Of a stretch of 39,548 bases of DNA, positions 35,960 to 39,548 are shown piece after piece. Numbering within the stretch: the stretch's first letter is position 1; each line of letters starts with the position of its first letter. This DNA is from a virus (taxonomy: Duplodnaviria > Caudoviricetes). The position numbers and the translations under genes were made by a program. A model generated the notes under the pieces. The model did not search any database and was not told the origin of the DNA. It saw only the letters and a program-made list of their open reading frames with translations. The stretch is from IMG/VR virus record IMGVR_UViG_3300025288_000045, positions 1 to 39,548 of that record; one strand, 5' to 3'.

Positions 35960-36397
35960 TTATACTCGTTCTCTACTGGAAGTAGAAGTAGTGTCCACCA
36001 CGTTATAAGTAGCCAATGTAGTTGAGTTTTGTTTAATCAAAGTTAAATTACCCGTAAGCTTATTCCAGTACCAACTACCCAGTGCTTCATCTTCTATATT
36101 TTTTAACATACCTATGACATCATATGCATCAACGGTTATATGGGCTATTACTACCCCATTATATACTACGTAGAAATTACCTATAGTAGGTGCAATAAAA
36201 GTAGTGGTATATATCCCAGATCCAGCACTTATTTCAACTGGAGTGGAGAGTCCGGTTAATCCTAGAGAGCTAACTGTGTTAGGGGTCGATATATCATAAT
36301 CAGTTAGTAATTGTAAAGATGGAAACGAAGTAAGTCCTGTAGTATCCATAATAGGGATACCAGATGCTTGTCCTACAAAAGTTGTTATGTTAATCAT
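35960..36397 (-). CDS. Hypothetical protein (probably virion)
   Basis: Thr-rich beta-type ORF overlapping the upstream gene. Confidence 0.6.
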   Translation of the reverse strand: MINITTFVGQASGIPIMDTTGLTSFPSLQLLTDYDISTPNTVSSLGLTGLSTPVEISAGSGIYTTTFIAPTIGNFYVVYNGVVIAHITVDAYDVIGMLKNIEDEALGSWYWNKLTGNLTLIKQNSTTLATYNVVDTTSTSSRERV

Positions 36398-36920
36398 TAG
36401 ACATACCTTTTATATATAATTGTATAGCAGTAGCCTTGTTATCCGTGTCTTCTTTAGTTTGACCTGGAGATAACATCTCCTTAGGCACAAATGAAAAAGG
36501 GGCTACAGGTTCAGAGTATCCTTCATTACGTAAAATATAAGCTACCCCCTCTATAAACCCATCTGAATACCTGGATATTACACCGGAGGTACTTAAGGAC
36601 ATCTGTACTTGGAGTATAGCATATGCCAGCTCTAGCGAAGTAACGTGAGGTACTTGAGTAAAGTCAGCAATATTCCCATTTATCACATCTGTAGCTACCA
36701 TAGTAAACCAGAAGTCTTCATGAAACACCTCCGGTCTCATACCTAACGTTTTTAGTAGGTATATCTTATCCCCTAGGGACTTAGAGTAAAAAGGTAGGTT
36801 TAACTCACTTATAATGGTTTCTACTTCGTAGTCAAACCAAGTATCTTTACCTAAGACAAAATCTATCTTACATTTAAGTGTATAGATACCATGGAATCCT
36901 GGTGTATCGCCATTTGACAT
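36390..36920 (-). CDS. Hypothetical protein
   Basis: 176-aa tightly packed ORF. Confidence 0.6.
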   Translation of the reverse strand: MSNGDTPGFHGIYTLKCKIDFVLGKDTWFDYEVETIISELNLPFYSKSLGDKIYLLKTLGMRPEVFHEDFWFTMVATDVINGNIADFTQVPHVTSLELAYAILQVQMSLSTSGVISRYSDGFIEGVAYILRNEGYSEPVAPFSFVPKEMLSPGQTKEDTDNKATAIQLYIKGMSND

Positions 36921-36926
36921 ACTTAA

Positions 36927-37814
36927 TTATACATTCTTAGTTAGAGACACAAGTACTTTTTGTAGGTCTAGAGGAAGAGTCTCTGCTACCTGTTTGAAAT
37001 TAGCTGGTCCACGGTCGAACTCGGAGGCGACATCTTTACCTATATAAGAGGCAATATTCGCTCTGCCTACCCTGGCGAGTTTCTCGTAAGGTATGTCTTT
37101 TCCAGCCAGCCTAATATTTAAAATACTGATGGCAGCCTCTTTAGTATGGAATGCCTCACGGTAAAAGTTAAAACCCTTGAGTGTTAATCCTGCGGTTTTA
37201 TCTAATCCAGTAACCCTCTCCGCTAACCTAGAAGCCAAGTCTTCACTTACTTCTGATGTGTCGCTTAAAGCTTTAGCTAGCTTAATATATTCAGCCTCCT
37301 TAGTTAAGGAATGCCTAACCGATAAAGATTTAAGGGCAGCCGATTTATTCAGGATAGACTTACCTGCATACAGAGTAATGTCTGGTGAGGGCGTAACCCC
37401 TTTATCAGAAGCCTGTTTGTATAAGTCCTTAGCGGTTGATATTGCTGAGAATATATCAGAAAACCCAGATAACATACCCCTAAAGGCTGCCTCTTTGAGC
37501 ATGTAAGATTCTACGGAGTTCTTCTCAGCACTAATACAAGCTTCACCGGCACGCTTAGTCATTAGCTCACCTAAGGATCCTATCTCTTCTTGGAGACTAT
37601 AAGCTTCTACGGCCCTAGCCACCTTTTCTAATTCTGCATAGTCAGGTGCCCTACGGGCAACCTTAACCATATACTGAATAGCCATAGCGGAGGCTAGTAC
37701 CGAGGATTTATTATCAATAGGATACTCCCTATCCACCGAAGCCTGCTTAATCATTGGAGAAATCTCCGGTACCAGTTCCAACACTGGTTTTATATAATAT
37801 GCTAACATTGTCAT
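36927..37814 (-). CDS. Hypothetical protein rich in K-x-A motifs (possible processed head protein)
   Basis: 12 of 26 lysines occur as K-x-A. Confidence 0.6.
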   Translation of the reverse strand: MTMLAYYIKPVLELVPEISPMIKQASVDREYPIDNKSSVLASAMAIQYMVKVARRAPDYAELEKVARAVEAYSLQEEIGSLGELMTKRAGEACISAEKNSVESYMLKEAAFRGMLSGFSDIFSAISTAKDLYKQASDKGVTPSPDITLYAGKSILNKSAALKSLSVRHSLTKEAEYIKLAKALSDTSEVSEDLASRLAERVTGLDKTAGLTLKGFNFYREAFHTKEAAISILNIRLAGKDIPYEKLARVGRANIASYIGKDVASEFDRGPANFKQVAETLPLDLQKVLVSLTKNV

Positions 37815-38603
37815 TTATAATAATCCATTAAAAGCGTTCTGTATTTTACGTAAGAAGTTATTAGTGCTATCAACGTTGTATTTCTCAGATGCTCCAAACT
37901 CCGCCTCTGCCTTATTTTTTTCAAAGGTTATTTTATCTCTAGTCTCTGCTGAACTATTAAAGAACTCGTCACTAACGCTCTTATCAATAGCATTTATATA
38001 TCTATTACCAGCTACCCCTACCGCCTTAGGGGTGTATACTACATTAGAGTATTCCATAGATAATGGAACTATGTTATCTACCACCGAACCCATAAATTTC
38101 CCGGTTACTCCAGGTTTTCTAGGTTGGCCAATTTGAAGATTACGTAGTGCCAAAAGTTTAATAGCGTCCTTATCCTCCCCGGAATGTGCCAACCCATTGA
38201 ATGCCTTATTCATATCATTCCTCTGGGATATGGAGCTAGACCTATCAAATAAAGCCTTTGTAGCTCCCGCCGCTGCACCTATGCCAGATGCCAGGGCTAG
38301 TCCCTTCATAGATATAGGCATACTTACCCCGTTAGTCTTATTAGCCAATAATCTACGCAATAGGACAGATCCCCCAGCTAGCCCAGCCCCTGCTAAGGAA
38401 TCAATTAGAATACTTTTAACATCCCCCTTATTGAGTACAGTAGATGTAGGTGAAGCAATGTGAGATGCGTATTGCTTAATTAAGTTAACCCTATTATGGA
38501 GGGGTAAATGAATAAACAGTGGGTTATCTAGTAATAGATGTAGATCTACTCCACGTTCTTTGTATAGCTCTATGAGGCTTTGGATAACTAATTCGTCTTT
38601 CAT
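37815..38603 (-). CDS. Hypothetical protein with Gly/Ala-rich hydrophobic segments
   Basis: LAGAGLAGGSVLL and LALASGIGAAAGA segments. Confidence 0.6.
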   Translation of the reverse strand: MKDELVIQSLIELYKERGVDLHLLLDNPLFIHLPLHNRVNLIKQYASHIASPTSTVLNKGDVKSILIDSLAGAGLAGGSVLLRRLLANKTNGVSMPISMKGLALASGIGAAAGATKALFDRSSSISQRNDMNKAFNGLAHSGEDKDAIKLLALRNLQIGQPRKPGVTGKFMGSVVDNIVPLSMEYSNVVYTPKAVGVAGNRYINAIDKSVSDEFFNSSAETRDKITFEKNKAEAEFGASEKYNVDSTNNFLRKIQNAFNGLL

Positions 38604-38607
38604 GCGT

Positions 38608-39174
38608 TTATTTTAACTTATAGTCCCTGGTAGATTTAAGTATCTTCTCTAAATCCATTTCTATACATGGAGTAGTTAGAGGGTTAACTACAAAACTAGT
38701 TTTCATTATATCAAATCTATCATAGGTAGATTGAGGCATATACCTATTTTCTATGTAAACTGCATCCCATAAACCGTCTATCGCATATGTTGAGATAGAC
38801 ATAATATCAAACCCCCCTCTGGTCAAATTTGTGCGCTTAGGGGTATCTAGGTAATCCTTACTATATACAGCGTCTGAATTCTTACACTGTACAGTACCCT
38901 GCCAGGTACCACGTATCGTATCCCACTTAACAGTTGAGGAGATTATGGATTTACACTCTATTGTTATATCAGTACCTAAGTATTTAATCTGTAAGTCTCT
39001 TTTTACTCTGTGTCTATCTGGTATCTTACTAACTTCAGTTACCCCAAATATATTTCTCAGCCTATCTATAAGTTTATATTCTGCTATATAGCCTTGCATA
39101 ATACCTCTTAACTTAGGATTCTCCTCAATTATTAGCTCCAGTTCCCCTAGGGGTATTTCAGATAATATAGACAT
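38608..39174 (-). CDS. PD-(D/E)xK restriction-endonuclease-like protein (start probably ATG 39174)
   Basis: GYIAEYKL helix, then D-x9-IECKS catalytic pattern. Confidence 0.7.
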   Translation of the reverse strand: MSILSEIPLGELELIIEENPKLRGIMQGYIAEYKLIDRLRNIFGVTEVSKIPDRHRVKRDLQIKYLGTDITIECKSIISSTVKWDTIRGTWQGTVQCKNSDAVYSKDYLDTPKRTNLTRGGFDIMSISTYAIDGLWDAVYIENRYMPQSTYDRFDIMKTSFVVNPLTTPCIEMDLEKILKSTRDYKLK

Positions 39175-39360
39175 TATGAGAGTGTAACCTACTATCAATA
39201 TAAACTCAACCTCATTTTAATGGGGTTTAAACGCGTTTTAAGCCTCTAATTAAGTGGAAGCTATATCAGCGTATACTTAGTCTACTTAAAACGGTCTAAG
39301 GCCCCTTAAAACGTCTCAGAGTGCCATTGGTATACACCTAGTGGATCTAAATAATTACCT

Positions 39361-39530
39361 CCGCACTTTTCCGCAATTCTTTTCCGCACTTTATTTTTAG
39401 ACTTATTCTTTATAATCAATCACTTAGTATTTTCTTCCGCACTTTTTTAATTAATTACGCACTTTTTATTTTCACTTAAGCTTATGATTATAAAAAGAAA
39501 AGTGACCTTTTTACGCACTTCCGCAGTTTT
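39361..39530. repeat. Seven iterated (C/A)CGCA(C/A/G)TT motifs with an IHF consensus in an AT-rich non-coding region
   Basis: Copies at 39361, 39371, 39384, 39437, 39457, 39513 and 39521; AATCAATCACTTA at 39414-39426. Confidence 0.75.
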
Positions 39531-39548
39531 TTAGAAAAAAATATATAT

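Noticed and set aside
39361-39530. CRISPR array
   Set aside because: Repeats are only 8-10 bp with irregular spacing, and no cas genes are present.

Overview
This window is part of a large tailed (myovirus-like) phage genome. Nearly all genes are on the minus strand. In coordinate order they are: lysis genes (holin candidate, M15 endolysin); a mosaic array of at least 6 tail-fibre/receptor-binding genes with chaperones, including an Mtd-like C-type-lectin protein with a DGR-style variable region; baseplate genes, among which sit a sigma-70-family factor and a protein with an RNA polymerase beta'-like zinc site; tape measure; a -1 frameshifted tail chaperone pair; and a GpA-type terminase large subunit. 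A plus-strand island (about 29.8-35.9 kb) encodes a full prokaryotic ubiquitin-like conjugation set of the PRTRC/Prok-Ub type: a Ubl ending in TKG, two unknown genes, an E2-like protein, a JAB peptidase and a ThiF/E1. A group I intron (32564-33704) splits the JAB gene inside its metal-binding motif. The intron carries an antisense LAGLIDADG endonuclease in L9 whose tail overlaps the ribozyme core. Small sequence-level events include a 10-bp hairpin micro-inversion that puts a stop in a tail-fibre gene, a 14-bp duplication at the tape measure 3' end, and two compensating frameshifts in the E1 tail. The right end is non-coding, with iterated CGCA-x-TT motifs and an IHF consensus site. All family assignments come from motifs recognised by eye, not database searches.
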